DNA from: Clostridia bacterium | GTDB lineage: Bacteria > Bacillota > Clostridia > Peptostreptococcales > Anaerovoracaceae | Assembly (NCBI GenBank): GCA_024689085.1 | Contig: JAILDT010000054.1 | Span: forward strand, 619-64,618 | Length of the DNA: 64,000 nt | Direction: 5' to 3' | Part shown: one piece after another, positions 39,901-50,059 of the stretch | How the letters are laid out: the number at the start of each line of letters is the position of its first letter | Numbering within the stretch: the stretch's first letter is position 1 | Position numbers and translations under genes: made by a program | The notes under the pieces: generated by a model | Database searches by the model: none | What the model was told of the DNA's origin: nothing | The model's input: the letters and a program-made list of their open reading frames with translations, nothing else

Positions 39901-40028
39901 CGAAAAAATAACCCTTTATTATTATATTATATCTTTAGTAATAGTAGTAGTAGGGGCTGTGGATTTGTTGATAAGTCTTTTTATCGTTGAAATCAAGCCA
40001 TTATTTATTATTTAAAACCTGTGGATAA
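39901..40028. other. oriC unwinding module between dnaA and dnaN
   Basis: AT-rich tract 39902-39935; DnaA-trios TAG TAA TAG TAG TAG TAG (39936-39953); GGGC spacer; overlapping boxes TGTGGATTT/TGTTGATAA (39958-39974); perfect TGTGGATAA at 40020-40028. Confidence 0.9.
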
Positions 40029-40065
40029 CTTGTATTTTTTTATAACAGTGTCTGTTTATAAGTAA

Positions 40066-41451
40066 CTACTGGATATCTTCTTTGAGATTTCTGACGTCTT
40101 CTGCCAAAGTAGGATCTATTTTTATCTGGCTTTTGATTTTTTCACAGGCGTGAAGTACGGTCGTATGATCTCTTCCTCCAAAGGAATCCCCTATTTTAGG
40201 AAGAGAGAGATCTGTCATCTCCCGGCAAAGATACATTGCAATCTGACGAGGATGAGAAAATTCTCTGTTTCTCTTTGAGGATTCTATATCTGTTATTTTA
40301 ATATTGTATTTCTTGCATACAGCTTTTTTGACAGTTTCACAGGAAATATCAATATCTCTCTGAGAAAAGATATCCGGCAGATATTCTTTTGCGAACTTTG
40401 CTGTAATTGGATGTTTTTTAACCTTTGCAAGAGAATTCACTCTCAGCAGCGCACTATCAAGCAATCTGATATTGAATTTAATTTTTTCAGCTAAAAGATC
40501 GATGACTTCGAGTACATCATCATCGATAATAATCCCTTCTTCTTCCGCCTTTTTTCTCAGAATAGCTACTCTGGTTTCAAAACCAGGAGGCTGGATATCC
40601 GCCATGATATTAGATTGAATTCTGGAAGTCAGACGTTCATCCAGATCACGCAGTTTATTTGGATGTCTGTCACTGGAGATTACAATCTGCTTATTCTGTA
40701 AAGAAAGTGTATTAAAAGTATGGAAGAATTCAAGCTGCGTCGCTTCTTTTCCTTCAATAAACTGTATATCATCAATCAGAAGAACGTCTACATCTCTGTA
40801 TTTTGTTCTAAAAGCATTGACTTTACTGGTTCTGTTGACAGGGTCGTTAATTGCCTGAATCAATTCAGATGTAAACATTTCTGAAGATACATATAATACC
40901 TTCAGGGCCGGATTGGTCCTCATAATATGCTGCCCGATGGCATGCATCAGATGCGTTTTTCCAAGTCCGGATCCACCGTAGATAAAGAGAGGATTATAGA
41001 CCGTTGAAGGATTATCCGCTACTGCCAGAGAAACAGCGTGCGCGTATTCATTATTTGGACCAACGATAAAATTATCAAAAGTAAATTTAGGATTGAGGTA
41101 ATACTCCTCCCTATAAGGATTTTCGGAATCAATAGAAGGCGCGGCAGCTTTTGTCTTACTGCCTTCAAGAATCTCTTTGATTTCATCTTCTGATTTATGC
41201 ATCACACGGATACGGTAATTCTTATGAAAGACTTCCTTGATTGCCTTTTCAAGAATATCCGTATAGCGCGGATTGCGTGAGAACATATTCGCCTTGAAAC
41301 TTTCGGTCAGAGCGAAAGACATGATTCCCTTCTCCTCATCCATTTCCAGGGGAACGAGAGGAAGAAACCATGTCCGGTAGCTCACTTCCGTCAGCTCTTT
41401 GCTCGTCAGCGCGAGCACATCTTTCCACTTGAGATTATTGATTTTCTCCAT
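40066..41451 (-). CDS. dnaA: Chromosomal replication initiator
   Basis: YNPLFIYGGSGLGKTH, LLIDDIQF, PRQIAMYL, RDHTTV; start reassigned to MEKINN. Confidence 0.98.
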   Translation of the reverse strand: MEKINNLKWKDVLALTSKELTEVSYRTWFLPLVPLEMDEEKGIMSFALTESFKANMFSRNPRYTDILEKAIKEVFHKNYRIRVMHKSEDEIKEILEGSKTKAAAPSIDSENPYREEYYLNPKFTFDNFIVGPNNEYAHAVSLAVADNPSTVYNPLFIYGGSGLGKTHLMHAIGQHIMRTNPALKVLYVSSEMFTSELIQAINDPVNRTSKVNAFRTKYRDVDVLLIDDIQFIEGKEATQLEFFHTFNTLSLQNKQIVISSDRHPNKLRDLDERLTSRIQSNIMADIQPPGFETRVAILRKKAEEEGIIIDDDVLEVIDLLAEKIKFNIRLLDSALLRVNSLAKVKKHPITAKFAKEYLPDIFSQRDIDISCETVKKAVCKKYNIKITDIESSKRNREFSHPRQIAMYLCREMTDLSLPKIGDSFGGRDHTTVLHACEKIKSQIKIDPTLAEDVRNLKEDIQ

Positions 41452-41523
41452 TATCTGACAATAGCCTTTCGAAATCTTGGATATACATGATATCACAGAA
41501 CGAGTACTATAATACAAAAATAG

Positions 41524-41610
41524 TTATCCACAGGCAAGCGTTAAATATTTATTTAGCATTTGCAACGAAGGAAGGAGTTATCCACAAAGAGTGGATAAAG
41601 TTGTGCATAC
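41524..41610. promoter_or_regulatory. DnaA-box cluster upstream of dnaA
   Basis: TTATCCACA at 41524-41532 and 41578-41586; AGTGGATAA 41590-41598; TGTGCATAC 41602-41610. Confidence 0.88.
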
Positions 41611-41718
41611 TTTTAACAGCAACAACAATATATTGTATATGCAGTAGAAAAATGTATAATTATGGAATTTAAAAGTGTGCAAAAGCAACAAAACAATTCT
41701 TAGAGCAAAGCAAATAAA

Positions 41719-41747
41719 TTGACATGAATTTTTTGGAGTTGTATAAT
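41719..41747 (+). promoter_or_regulatory. Consensus SigA promoter of the rpmH operon
   Basis: TTGACA-17 bp-TATAAT. Confidence 0.9.
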
Positions 41748-41818
41748 ATTTGAGCATATGCGCATAAGTTGAAATTCAGATTTATGCAGGCAAATATAGA
41801 AGAAGGAGGAAGAAAGCC

Positions 41819-41953
41819 ATGAAGATGACATATCAGCCGAAGAAGAGGCAGCGCAAAAAGGAGCACGGCTTCAGAAAAAGAATGAAGACAAAGAACGGTA
41901 GAAATGTACTGAAGAGAAGAAGAAAAAGAGGAAGAAAAGTTTTATCAGCATAG
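41819..41953 (+). CDS. rpmH: 50S ribosomal protein L34 (absent from the ORF track)
   Basis: Translated by hand: [44 protein letters not shown]; AGGAGG SD. Confidence 0.98.
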   Translation: MKMTYQPKKRQRKKEHGFRKRMKTKNGRNVLKRRRKRGRKVLSA

Positions 41954-41980
41954 AGACCGCACCAAAGTAGTGGTCTTTTT
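41954..41980 (+). terminator. Weak hairpin/terminator between rpmH and rnpA
   Basis: agaccgcac-caaa-gtagtggtct followed by TTTT. Confidence 0.5.
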
Positions 41981-42003
41981 GTTATTGATATGACTGAAGA
42001 GAC

Positions 42004-42348
42004 ATGCTCAAAAAGGATATTCTGAGAAAAAAGGAAGATTTCAACGCCATATACAAGGCGGGCAGATCGGTTCCGGACAGATACGTCGTTCTTTTTTACA
42101 GGGAAAATGATCTGCCATACAACAGGACGGCCTTTTTAGCAAGCAAGAAAGTAGGAAACAGCGTTCAGAGAAACAGAGCCAAGCGTCTCATGAAGGAGAG
42201 CTACAGGCTCCACCGCGAGGAACTGCGCACAGGATATGACCTGATTTTCATCGCGCGCAACACGATTAACGGCAGAAAGCGGGGAGACGTTGAAAAGTCA
42301 CTGATGAACGCGGCCGAAAGAGGAAAAGTAACAGGGCAAAAACGATGA
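42004..42348 (+). CDS. rnpA: Ribonuclease P protein component
   Basis: [15 protein letters not shown] (RNR motif). Confidence 0.96.
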   Translation: MLKKDILRKKEDFNAIYKAGRSVPDRYVVLFYRENDLPYNRTAFLASKKVGNSVQRNRAKRLMKESYRLHREELRTGYDLIFIARNTINGRKRGDVEKSLMNAAERGKVTGQKR

Positions 42349-42554
42349 AATATATATTCATTGCGTTGATAAGATTTTATCAGAAGTTCATATCGCCGCT
42401 TTTCCCGCCAAAGTGCAGGTTCTACCCTACTTGTTCAACTTATTGTATTCAGGCTCTGGAAAAGTACGGATTTTTTAAAGGAAGCTATCTGGGGATTAGG
42501 AGGCTGCTCAAGTGCCATCCTTTCCACGAAGGAGGATACGATCCTTTAAAATAG
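42345..42554 (+). CDS. yidD: Membrane protein insertion efficiency factor
   Basis: [26 protein letters not shown]. Confidence 0.96.
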   Translation: MKYIFIALIRFYQKFISPLFPPKCRFYPTCSTYCIQALEKYGFFKGSYLGIRRLLKCHPFHEGGYDPLK

Positions 42555-42567
42555 GAGGAAATAATTA

Positions 42568-43308
42568 ATGTACACTATACTAGGCGTTATAGCGAAGCCA
42601 ATGGGGCTTTTGCTTGACCTTCTGTATGGATTCATAGGTAATTACGGCATCTCCATCATCATTTTTACAGTGTTCGTTAAGCTGTGCCTGTATCCGCTCT
42701 ACATCAAGCAGACCAAGTCCACAGCCATGATGTCCGAAATGCAGCCAAAGATCAAGGCTCTGCAGAACAAATACGGCAACGACCAGGAAACACTGAACAT
42801 CAAGATGCAGGAGCTGTATAAGGAAGAAAAGTTCAACCCGATGGGCGGCTGTCTTCCGATGCTTATTCAGATGCCGATCATCATGGGTCTGTTCGCGCTC
42901 CTCAGAAACCCGCTGAGATACATCACGAAGGACTCCATGATTTTCGCATTCCATGAACCGTTTCTCTGGATTGACGACCTGAGCCAGCCTGACCCGTGGA
43001 TTCTGCCGATCATCGCGGGCGTTGCAACGTTCATCGCGTTCACGATGAACAGGATGCTGCAGGATACCGGTTCGGACGCGGCTAATCAGTCCGCAGCCAT
43101 GATGAAGATGATGCAGTACATCTTCCCTATCATGATTCTGTGGATGGCCCGGTCCTTCCCGTCAGGCCTTGCCCTCTACTGGGCGGTCAGCCAGATCATT
43201 CAGATTGGATTCAACATCCATCTGCAGACAATCAGAAAGAAGATCAAGAGAGAACAGAAGGAAAGACAGATCAGAGATAAACTGGAAAAGAAGAACAGAG
43301 GTCTGTAA
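42568..43308 (+). CDS. yidC: Membrane protein insertase YidC/Oxa1
   Basis: NPMGGCLP.LIQMP, FLWI.DL..PD, GLALYW. Confidence 0.96.
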   Translation: MYTILGVIAKPMGLLLDLLYGFIGNYGISIIIFTVFVKLCLYPLYIKQTKSTAMMSEMQPKIKALQNKYGNDQETLNIKMQELYKEEKFNPMGGCLPMLIQMPIIMGLFALLRNPLRYITKDSMIFAFHEPFLWIDDLSQPDPWILPIIAGVATFIAFTMNRMLQDTGSDAANQSAAMMKMMQYIFPIMILWMARSFPSGLALYWAVSQIIQIGFNIHLQTIRKKIKREQKERQIRDKLEKKNRGL

Positions 43309-43332
43309 GTCCCGATTTACGGAGGAAATAGA

Positions 43333-44115
43333 ATGGATTACACAGAAAAATGGGGCAAAGATATAGACGAAGCTGTCTCTCTTGCCCTGATTGATCTGAA
43401 GGTTTCCAGAGAAGATGTGGAAGTAACGGTTTTAGAGGAACCGACAAAAGGATTCTTAGGTCTCGGCGCCAAACTGGCCAAGGTAAGAGTCGAAAAGAAA
43501 AAACCGCCGCAGCCGGAAAAACCGGCGCAGCCGGAGATAACCCCAAAAGCGAAAGAAGCAAAAGCAGAAGCAAAACAAAAAGACAGGAAACCTGAAAAGA
43601 AACAAAATACACAGAACACAAAGAAATCAATCGTTCTGGACGATGTGGATATCAGCGAACTGAAACCGGTCGAAGAGCATGAAGCCCTCTCTTTCCTGAA
43701 GGATATCACGGAAAAGATGGGTCTGGATCTCGCCTTCCGCGCCAGAGTCGGCGAAGATATCGTTTACATCGAAATGAACGGCAAAGATTCAAGAACTGTC
43801 ATCGGCAAGAGAGGTCAGACACTCGACGCCATTCAGTATCTTGCCAGCCTTGTCGTCAACAAGGACAATGAAAAATACACCAAAGTCGTCGTCGACGCCG
43901 AGAACTACAGAGCCAAGAGAGAGAAAACTCTGGAGCAGCTGGCGAACAGACTGGCGGCAAAGGTGGTCAAGACGAGGAAGCATGTGCGTCTGGAACCGAT
44001 GAACCCTTACGAGAGAAAGGTCATCCATGCGACCTTGCAGAAAAACCCGAATATAACGACGAGAAGCGAAGGTGAAGAGCCTTACAGAAGAGTTGTTATT
44101 GAACTGAAGAAATAG
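43333..44115 (+). CDS. jag: RNA-binding cell elongation regulator Jag/EloR (KhpB)
   Basis: Jag_N KGFLGLG, KH IGKRGQTLDA, R3H ERKVIH. Confidence 0.96.
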   Translation: MDYTEKWGKDIDEAVSLALIDLKVSREDVEVTVLEEPTKGFLGLGAKLAKVRVEKKKPPQPEKPAQPEITPKAKEAKAEAKQKDRKPEKKQNTQNTKKSIVLDDVDISELKPVEEHEALSFLKDITEKMGLDLAFRARVGEDIVYIEMNGKDSRTVIGKRGQTLDAIQYLASLVVNKDNEKYTKVVVDAENYRAKREKTLEQLANRLAAKVVKTRKHVRLEPMNPYERKVIHATLQKNPNITTRSEGEEPYRRVVIELKK

Positions 44116-44122
44116 CATGAAG

Positions 44123-44151
44123 AGGCCCGCTTTCCGCGGGCCTTTGTTTTT
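44123..44151 (+). terminator. Terminator after jag
   Basis: aggcccgc-tttcc-gcgggcct followed by TTGTTTTT. Confidence 0.75.
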
Positions 44152-44157
44152 GGAACG

Positions 44158-45522
44158 ATGTGTGAAACGATTGCGGCAATATCAACCGCTTACGGTGAAG
44201 GCGGAATAGGAATCATAAGAATCAGCGGACCGGAAGCCCTCGGGATACTTCGTCGCGTTTTCGTATGCAAAAGCAACATTGCCAGCCGCCGGATGGCCTT
44301 CGGAAGGATCGTCGATCCGGACACAGCTGAAGTCATTGACGAAGTGCTGGCCGTTTACATGAAAGGCCCGACAACCTATACAGGGGAAGACGTGGCAGAG
44401 ATCAACTGTCACGGAAGCGTTGTGTCTTTGCGGAAAGCGCTCGCTCTGGTCCTGCGCCAGGGCGCCCGTATGGCTGAGCCGGGAGAGTTTACAAAACGAG
44501 CATTCCTGAACGGACGGATGGATCTGTCCCAGGCAGAGGCGGTCATCGATGTGATCAAGGCAAAGGCGGACGCCAGCTACGAAGCCGCCCTATCACAGAT
44601 GGAGGGCGCCCTCTCCCGCAGAGTCAGAGAGATCCGTGCAAGGATACTGGACGTCCTCGTGGATCTGACGGTGAACATCGATTATCCGGATGAGGACATC
44701 GAGCAGCTCACCTATGAAAAACTGCTGTCGGATCTGGAGGACGTGGAAGATGACGTCGACACGCTTCTGGCGACGGCGGGCGCGGGACGCATGATCAAAG
44801 AAGGCATTCGGGTCGCCATCATAGGCAAGCCGAACGTCGGCAAATCATCTCTTATGAACTGTCTCCTCAGACAGTCCCGGGCCATCGTCACGGAGATTCC
44901 GGGAACGACCCGTGACACGATCGAAGAGGCGGTCAGCATCAGAAATATTCCTGTTTATCTGATTGACACAGCGGGCATCCGGCAGACCAACGACCTGGTC
45001 GAGATGATCGGTATCGAACGGACGAAAGATGCCTTCAATAAAGCAGATCTCATCGTCGTCATCGTGGACGCGAGCACCCCGCTGACGGGGGAAGACAGGG
45101 ACATTCTGGGACGTCTTTCCGGCCGGAGATCCCTCGTTCTTCTCAACAAGACGGATCTCGGAAACGCCGTAACGCCAAGGGATATCGCTGACATATCGTC
45201 TAATAGCGATGTAATAAAAACCTGTCTCGTCGCCGGCGAAGGCGTCGAAGAGATCGAGGATAAAATCGAAGCCCTCGTATACGGAGGCCAGCTGTCCCAA
45301 AAGGACAGCGTCATGGTCAATAATGTGCGTCATGAGGAGCTTCTGAGAAAAGCAAAACAGGCGCTCAGCGACGCTTCGGTTATCACCGAAAACGGCGAAG
45401 CGCTGGACATCATAGAAATAGACATCAGAGAGGCATACGACTATCTGGGGGAAATCATCGGCGAGACGGTTTCCGATGAAGTGCTGGACGAAGTCTTCTC
45501 CAGATTCTGCCTCGGCAAGTAG
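44158..45522 (+). CDS. mnmE: tRNA modification GTPase
   Basis: [34 protein letters not shown]. Confidence 0.98.
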   Translation: MCETIAAISTAYGEGGIGIIRISGPEALGILRRVFVCKSNIASRRMAFGRIVDPDTAEVIDEVLAVYMKGPTTYTGEDVAEINCHGSVVSLRKALALVLRQGARMAEPGEFTKRAFLNGRMDLSQAEAVIDVIKAKADASYEAALSQMEGALSRRVREIRARILDVLVDLTVNIDYPDEDIEQLTYEKLLSDLEDVEDDVDTLLATAGAGRMIKEGIRVAIIGKPNVGKSSLMNCLLRQSRAIVTEIPGTTRDTIEEAVSIRNIPVYLIDTAGIRQTNDLVEMIGIERTKDAFNKADLIVVIVDASTPLTGEDRDILGRLSGRRSLVLLNKTDLGNAVTPRDIADISSNSDVIKTCLVAGEGVEEIEDKIEALVYGGQLSQKDSVMVNNVRHEELLRKAKQALSDASVITENGEALDIIEIDIREAYDYLGEIIGETVSDEVLDEVFSRFCLGK

Positions 45523-45532
45523 GAGTATACAT

Positions 45533-47410
45533 ATGGAACAATTCCTCATGGGAGAATACGACATCATCGTTATAGGCGCAGGCCACGCAGGATGCGAGGC
45601 CGGTCTTGCTGCGGCCAGAATGGGCAAAAAGACACTGATGCTGTCCATCAATCTGGAGGCCGTCGCCATGATGCCGTGCAACCCTTCCATCGGCGGAACA
45701 GGCAAAGGCCATCTCGTTCGGGAAATCGACGCGCTCGGCGGCGAGATGGGAATCAATATCGACAAGACCTTTATCCAGAGCCGGATGCTGAACACGGCCA
45801 AGGGGCCGGCGGTGCATTCCCTGCGCGCCCAGGCTGACAAGACCCGGTATCATCTGGAGATGAAGAAGACCATAGAGCAGGAACCACTGCTCGAAATGAA
45901 ACAGGGCGAAGCCGTCGATCTGATCATCGAAGACGGTAAAGCCTGCGGCGTCGTACTCAGGACCGGCGCCGTCTACAGAAGCCGCGCTGTCATTCTGGCG
46001 ACGGGAACCTTTCTGGCGGGAAAGATCTTCATCGGCGATAGCGTCTACGACAGCGGTCCGAACGGATTGGCACCGTCTGTGGAGCTGGCCGAAAAGCTTC
46101 GGGAGTACGGGCTTCCGATGCGGCGGTTCAAGACAGGTACGCCGGCGAGAGCGCTGGCCCGCAGCCTGGATTACGATAAGATGATTCCGCAGGACGGTGA
46201 TGAGGAAATCGTCCCCTTCTCTTTCATGAACGATGAGCTGAAACAAGACCAGATCAGATGCTGGCTCACGTACACAAATGAGAAAACTCATGAAATTATC
46301 CGGGCCAACTTCCACAGATCTGCCCTCTTCGGCGGCAAGATCGAAGGTGTCGGTCCGCGGTACTGCCCTTCTATTGAGGATAAAGTCAACCGATTCGCGG
46401 ATAGAAAGCGTCACCAGCTTTTCATCGAGCCGGAGGGACTGGATACGGACGAGATGTACATTCAGGGCATGTCATCTTCTCTTCCGGAAGATGTACAACA
46501 GGCCTTTTATGAAACCATTGAAGGACTGGAACACCTGAAAATCGTCAGGCCGGCCTATGCGATCGAGTACGATTGTATCGATCCATTGAATCTCAAGGCG
46601 ACGCTGGAAAACCGGACCATCGAAAATCTCTACTGCAGCGGACAGTTCAACGGCAGCTCCGGATACGAGGAGGCTGCGGCACAGGGGCTCATGGCCGGCA
46701 TCAACGCCGTGCTGAAACTGGATGGCAAAGAGCCGTTCGTGTTGGATCGAAGCCAGGCCTACATCGGGGTGCTTCTAGATGATCTGGTCACCAAAGGCAC
46801 CAACGAACCATACCGGATCATGACCAGCCGCGCGGAATACCGGCTCATGCTCCGTCAGGACAACGCTGACCTGCGGCTTACGCAGCTTGGCTATGACGCG
46901 GGACTCGTGAAGGAGGACCGCTATCAGAGATTCCTCGAAAAAAAGGAAGCTGTTGAAAAGGAAACAGAACGGCTCAGACGCGCTGTTGTGAGCCCGGAAA
47001 CAGTCAATCCGCTTCTCGAATCGCTTGGAACCGCGCCGATTAAAACAGCACAGTCGCTGTATGAACTGTTGCGAAGACCGGAAGTCACTTACGACGGTCT
47101 TGCGGAAATCGACGCGAACCGCCCTGCCCTGTCCCGCCATCAGAAGACATCCATGGAAGTAGAGATCAAGTACGGTGGATACATTCAGAAGCAACTGGCG
47201 CAGATCGAGAAGTTTAAGCGTCTCGAAGGAAAGAAGCTGAGCAGCGATATCGATTATGCGCAGATCGACGGGCTGCGGATCGAGGCACAGCAAAAGCTGA
47301 ACGCTCTGAAGCCTCTCTCCGTCGGACAGGCTTCGAGAATTTCCGGTGTTTCACCAGCGGACATCAACGTGCTCCTGATCCATCTGGAGAAAAACCGCAG
47401 AAGCAAATGA
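45533..47410 (+). CDS. mnmG: tRNA uridine 5-carboxymethylaminomethyl modification enzyme
   Basis: [33 protein letters not shown]; start MEQF with AGGAG SD. Confidence 0.98.
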   Translation: MEQFLMGEYDIIVIGAGHAGCEAGLAAARMGKKTLMLSINLEAVAMMPCNPSIGGTGKGHLVREIDALGGEMGINIDKTFIQSRMLNTAKGPAVHSLRAQADKTRYHLEMKKTIEQEPLLEMKQGEAVDLIIEDGKACGVVLRTGAVYRSRAVILATGTFLAGKIFIGDSVYDSGPNGLAPSVELAEKLREYGLPMRRFKTGTPARALARSLDYDKMIPQDGDEEIVPFSFMNDELKQDQIRCWLTYTNEKTHEIIRANFHRSALFGGKIEGVGPRYCPSIEDKVNRFADRKRHQLFIEPEGLDTDEMYIQGMSSSLPEDVQQAFYETIEGLEHLKIVRPAYAIEYDCIDPLNLKATLENRTIENLYCSGQFNGSSGYEEAAAQGLMAGINAVLKLDGKEPFVLDRSQAYIGVLLDDLVTKGTNEPYRIMTSRAEYRLMLRQDNADLRLTQLGYDAGLVKEDRYQRFLEKKEAVEKETERLRRAVVSPETVNPLLESLGTAPIKTAQSLYELLRRPEVTYDGLAEIDANRPALSRHQKTSMEVEIKYGGYIQKQLAQIEKFKRLEGKKLSSDIDYAQIDGLRIEAQQKLNALKPLSVGQASRISGVSPADINVLLIHLEKNRRSK

Positions 47411-48102
47411 ACGACTTGAAAGCATTTCTGGAAAAACTGAATATCGATGGAGCCGAGGAGAAAGCAAACACCCTCAAGCGGTACATGGAGGGCGTTCTCA
47501 TCTGGAATGAGAAGGTCAATCTCACTGCGATCACGGACCGCGACGAGTTCGTGCAAAAGCACCTGATTGATTCTCTTCTGTGCGCTGAAACCTTTGCCTT
47601 TACTGAATCATCGTCTATTTGCGATGTTGGAACAGGCGGCGGATTCCCGGGCGTTCCTCTCGCCGTATGCTATCCGGATAAAACGTTCGTCCTCATGGAT
47701 TCTCTGGGAAAAAGAGTGCGGATCGTACAACAACTCTGCGACGAGTTGGGCATCGAAAACGTCACTGCGATTCACGGGAGAGCTGAAGATCTGGCCAGGC
47801 AGGAAGCCTATAGAGATTGTTTTGATCTGTGCGTTTCCAGAGCGGTCGCGAACATGCGCGTGCTCTGCGAGTACTGCATGCCGTTTGTCAGAGCAGGCGG
47901 ATATTTTATCGCATACAAAGGCGCTGATTGTGAATCGGAAATAGGCGATGCACAGAACGCGATCCGATTGTTAGGCGGAGAGCCACCGCATATCACTCCA
48001 CTGCCCCATCTGGGACACAACCTGGTCGTGATCCGGAAAAAGGAACCGACCCCGGCGGCTTATCCGAGAAAAGCAGGCACACCGTCAAAGAAACCGCTGT
48101 GA
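47407..48102 (+). CDS. rsmG: 16S rRNA m7G methyltransferase
   Basis: [30 protein letters not shown]. Confidence 0.97.
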   Translation: MNDLKAFLEKLNIDGAEEKANTLKRYMEGVLIWNEKVNLTAITDRDEFVQKHLIDSLLCAETFAFTESSSICDVGTGGGFPGVPLAVCYPDKTFVLMDSLGKRVRIVQQLCDELGIENVTAIHGRAEDLARQEAYRDCFDLCVSRAVANMRVLCEYCMPFVRAGGYFIAYKGADCESEIGDAQNAIRLLGGEPPHITPLPHLGHNLVVIRKKEPTPAAYPRKAGTPSKKPL

Positions 48103-48173
48103 TGTTTTTTTAATCAATCCCCTACCCTTACAACAAATGGAAATATATGGAAGTCACCCGAAAGAGTTGGAAA

Positions 48174-48189
48174 TGTTTCACGTGAAACA
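48174..48189. promoter_or_regulatory. parS centromere site 1
   Basis: Perfect TGTTTCACGTGAAACA palindrome. Confidence 0.95.
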
Positions 48190-48300
48190 TTGAAGATTTT
48201 TTCGGGTTTTCATGTTTTTTATTACTTTTGCTATAGAAAGAAAAGTTGCGATAGTATATAATCAAAATGACTTAAATGAAAGATAGAGTAGGAGGTAAAA

Positions 48301-49074
48301 GTGGGTAAGGCGATAGCGATATTTAATCAGAAAGGCGGCGTTGGCAAGACGACCACAAACATCAACCTGGCAGCATGCCTGGCGCTCAAGGGGAAGAAAG
48401 TTCTGATCCTTGATATTGACCCGCAGGGCAATACGACAAGCGGTGTGGGCGTATCTAAAAAAGACCTGGAACTGACGACGCACGAGATACTTATAGAGGA
48501 CGACCATCATCCGGCGGAAGCAGTAATACCAACGGGTGTGCCGAATCTTGATATCATGCCGGCAAGCGTACAGCTGGCGGGCGCCGAGGTCGAACTCATC
48601 AACATAGCCGGCAGGGAGAAACGGCTCAAGATGGCCATCGATGTCCTGAAGCCGGACTATGACTACATTTTCATAGACTGTCCGCCGTCACTGGGCATTC
48701 TGACCATCAACTCTCTTACAGCGGTAGATTCCGTCCTGATTCCAATACAGTGCGAGTTCTATGCTCTTGAGGGCGTAAGCCAGCTCATGAGTACTATTGA
48801 TATTGTCAGAACGCACATGAATCCGGATCTTGAGATAGAAGGGGTAATCTTGAGCATGTTCGACGGGAGGACGAACCTGTCAGCTCAGGTCGTAGAGGAA
48901 GTCAAGAAGTACTTCAAGGAGAAGGTCTATACGACGGTAATCCCAAGAAATGTACGGCTTGCGGAAGCGCCAAGCCACGGCATGCCTGTTATCCAGTACG
49001 ATCCGAGATCCAGGGGAGCGCAGGCGTATATGGAATTTGCCGAAGAATTCCTCGAGAACGAAAAGGAGAAGTAG
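48301..49074 (+). CDS. parA: Chromosome partitioning ATPase ParA/Soj
   Basis: NQKGGVGKTT, DIDPQGN, DCPPSLG, LAEAPSHG; GTG start with AGGAGG SD. Confidence 0.97.
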   Translation: MGKAIAIFNQKGGVGKTTTNINLAACLALKGKKVLILDIDPQGNTTSGVGVSKKDLELTTHEILIEDDHHPAEAVIPTGVPNLDIMPASVQLAGAEVELINIAGREKRLKMAIDVLKPDYDYIFIDCPPSLGILTINSLTAVDSVLIPIQCEFYALEGVSQLMSTIDIVRTHMNPDLEIEGVILSMFDGRTNLSAQVVEEVKKYFKEKVYTTVIPRNVRLAEAPSHGMPVIQYDPRSRGAQAYMEFAEEFLENEKEK

Positions 49075-49995
49075 ATGGCAGCAAAGACCAAAGCCAAAGG
49101 GCTGGGAAAAGGCCTTGAAGCCCTCTTCGGAGACGCGGAAGTCGCTCCGGCAGAGAAAAAACCGGCAGCAAGGAAAAAGCAGACAGCGAAAGCAGCGGAA
49201 GAAGCCCCTTCAGAAGAGGGTGGAGTACTTTATGTGAATATCGATGACATCAGGCCGAACACCGCGCAGCCGAGAAAGGTCTTCGATGAGGAAAAACTGG
49301 AGGAACTGGCCGCGTCAATTGAGAGACACGGCGTCATTCAGCCTCTGGTTTTGCGCCGTCTGGGCAAAGGATATGAGATTGTTGCCGGCGAAAGGCGGTG
49401 GAGAGCGGCCAGAATTGCGGGGCTGAAAGACGTCCCGTGCATTGTGAAGAAGCTTTCCGACGAGGAAAATATGCTTCTGGCCATCATTGAGAACATGCAG
49501 CGAGAGGATCTGAATCCAATCGAGGAAGCGGAAGGGCTCAAGAAGATGATTGACACCTATGGCCTTACGCAGGAGCAGGTATCATACAGCGTCGGCAAGA
49601 GCCGGCCGTATATCACAAACAGTCTCCGGCTGCTGAAGCTTCCTGGGAGAGTTCAGGAACTTGCGGCGGAAGGGAAGATATCGACCGGACACGCACGCGC
49701 GCTGGCTTCCGTAAAAAGTCAGCAGAAGCAGATCGATTTGGCTGTTAAGGCAGCCAGAGAAGGCCTTTCTGTACGGCAGATCGAGAAACTGGCAAAAGAG
49801 GCCAAAGAGCCGGCGGCAAGGGCAAAGAGAACGCCGAAGAGCGCCGATGAGAAGCGAGTGGAAGAGGACCTCAGGAAAGCCCTCGGGACAAAAGTCAACC
49901 TCAACCGAAAGGGGAAAAAGGGAAAGATCGAGATCGAATTCTACAGTGCAGAGGAACTGGAACGTCTCATTGAGTTACTCAAAAGTCTGAGCTGA
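49075..49995 (+). CDS. parB: Chromosome partitioning protein ParB/Spo0J
   Basis: GLGKGLEAL, QPR, AGERRWRA, ENMQREDL. Confidence 0.97.
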   Translation: MAAKTKAKGLGKGLEALFGDAEVAPAEKKPAARKKQTAKAAEEAPSEEGGVLYVNIDDIRPNTAQPRKVFDEEKLEELAASIERHGVIQPLVLRRLGKGYEIVAGERRWRAARIAGLKDVPCIVKKLSDEENMLLAIIENMQREDLNPIEEAEGLKKMIDTYGLTQEQVSYSVGKSRPYITNSLRLLKLPGRVQELAAEGKISTGHARALASVKSQQKQIDLAVKAAREGLSVRQIEKLAKEAKEPAARAKRTPKSADEKRVEEDLRKALGTKVNLNRKGKKGKIEIEFYSAEELERLIELLKSLS

Positions 49996-49996
49996 A

Positions 49997-50012
49997 TGTT
50001 TCACGTGAAACA
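49997..50012. promoter_or_regulatory. parS centromere site 2
   Basis: Perfect TGTTTCACGTGAAACA starting 1 bp after the parB stop. Confidence 0.95.
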
Positions 50013-50059
50013 TGCCGAACTGGTAAATAATGGAAGTTAATATAGAAAGAAGGTTAACA

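Noticed and set aside
37500-42000. Low-GC region as a genomic island
   Set aside because: Contains only essential, syntenic origin genes; no integrase, IS or att repeats
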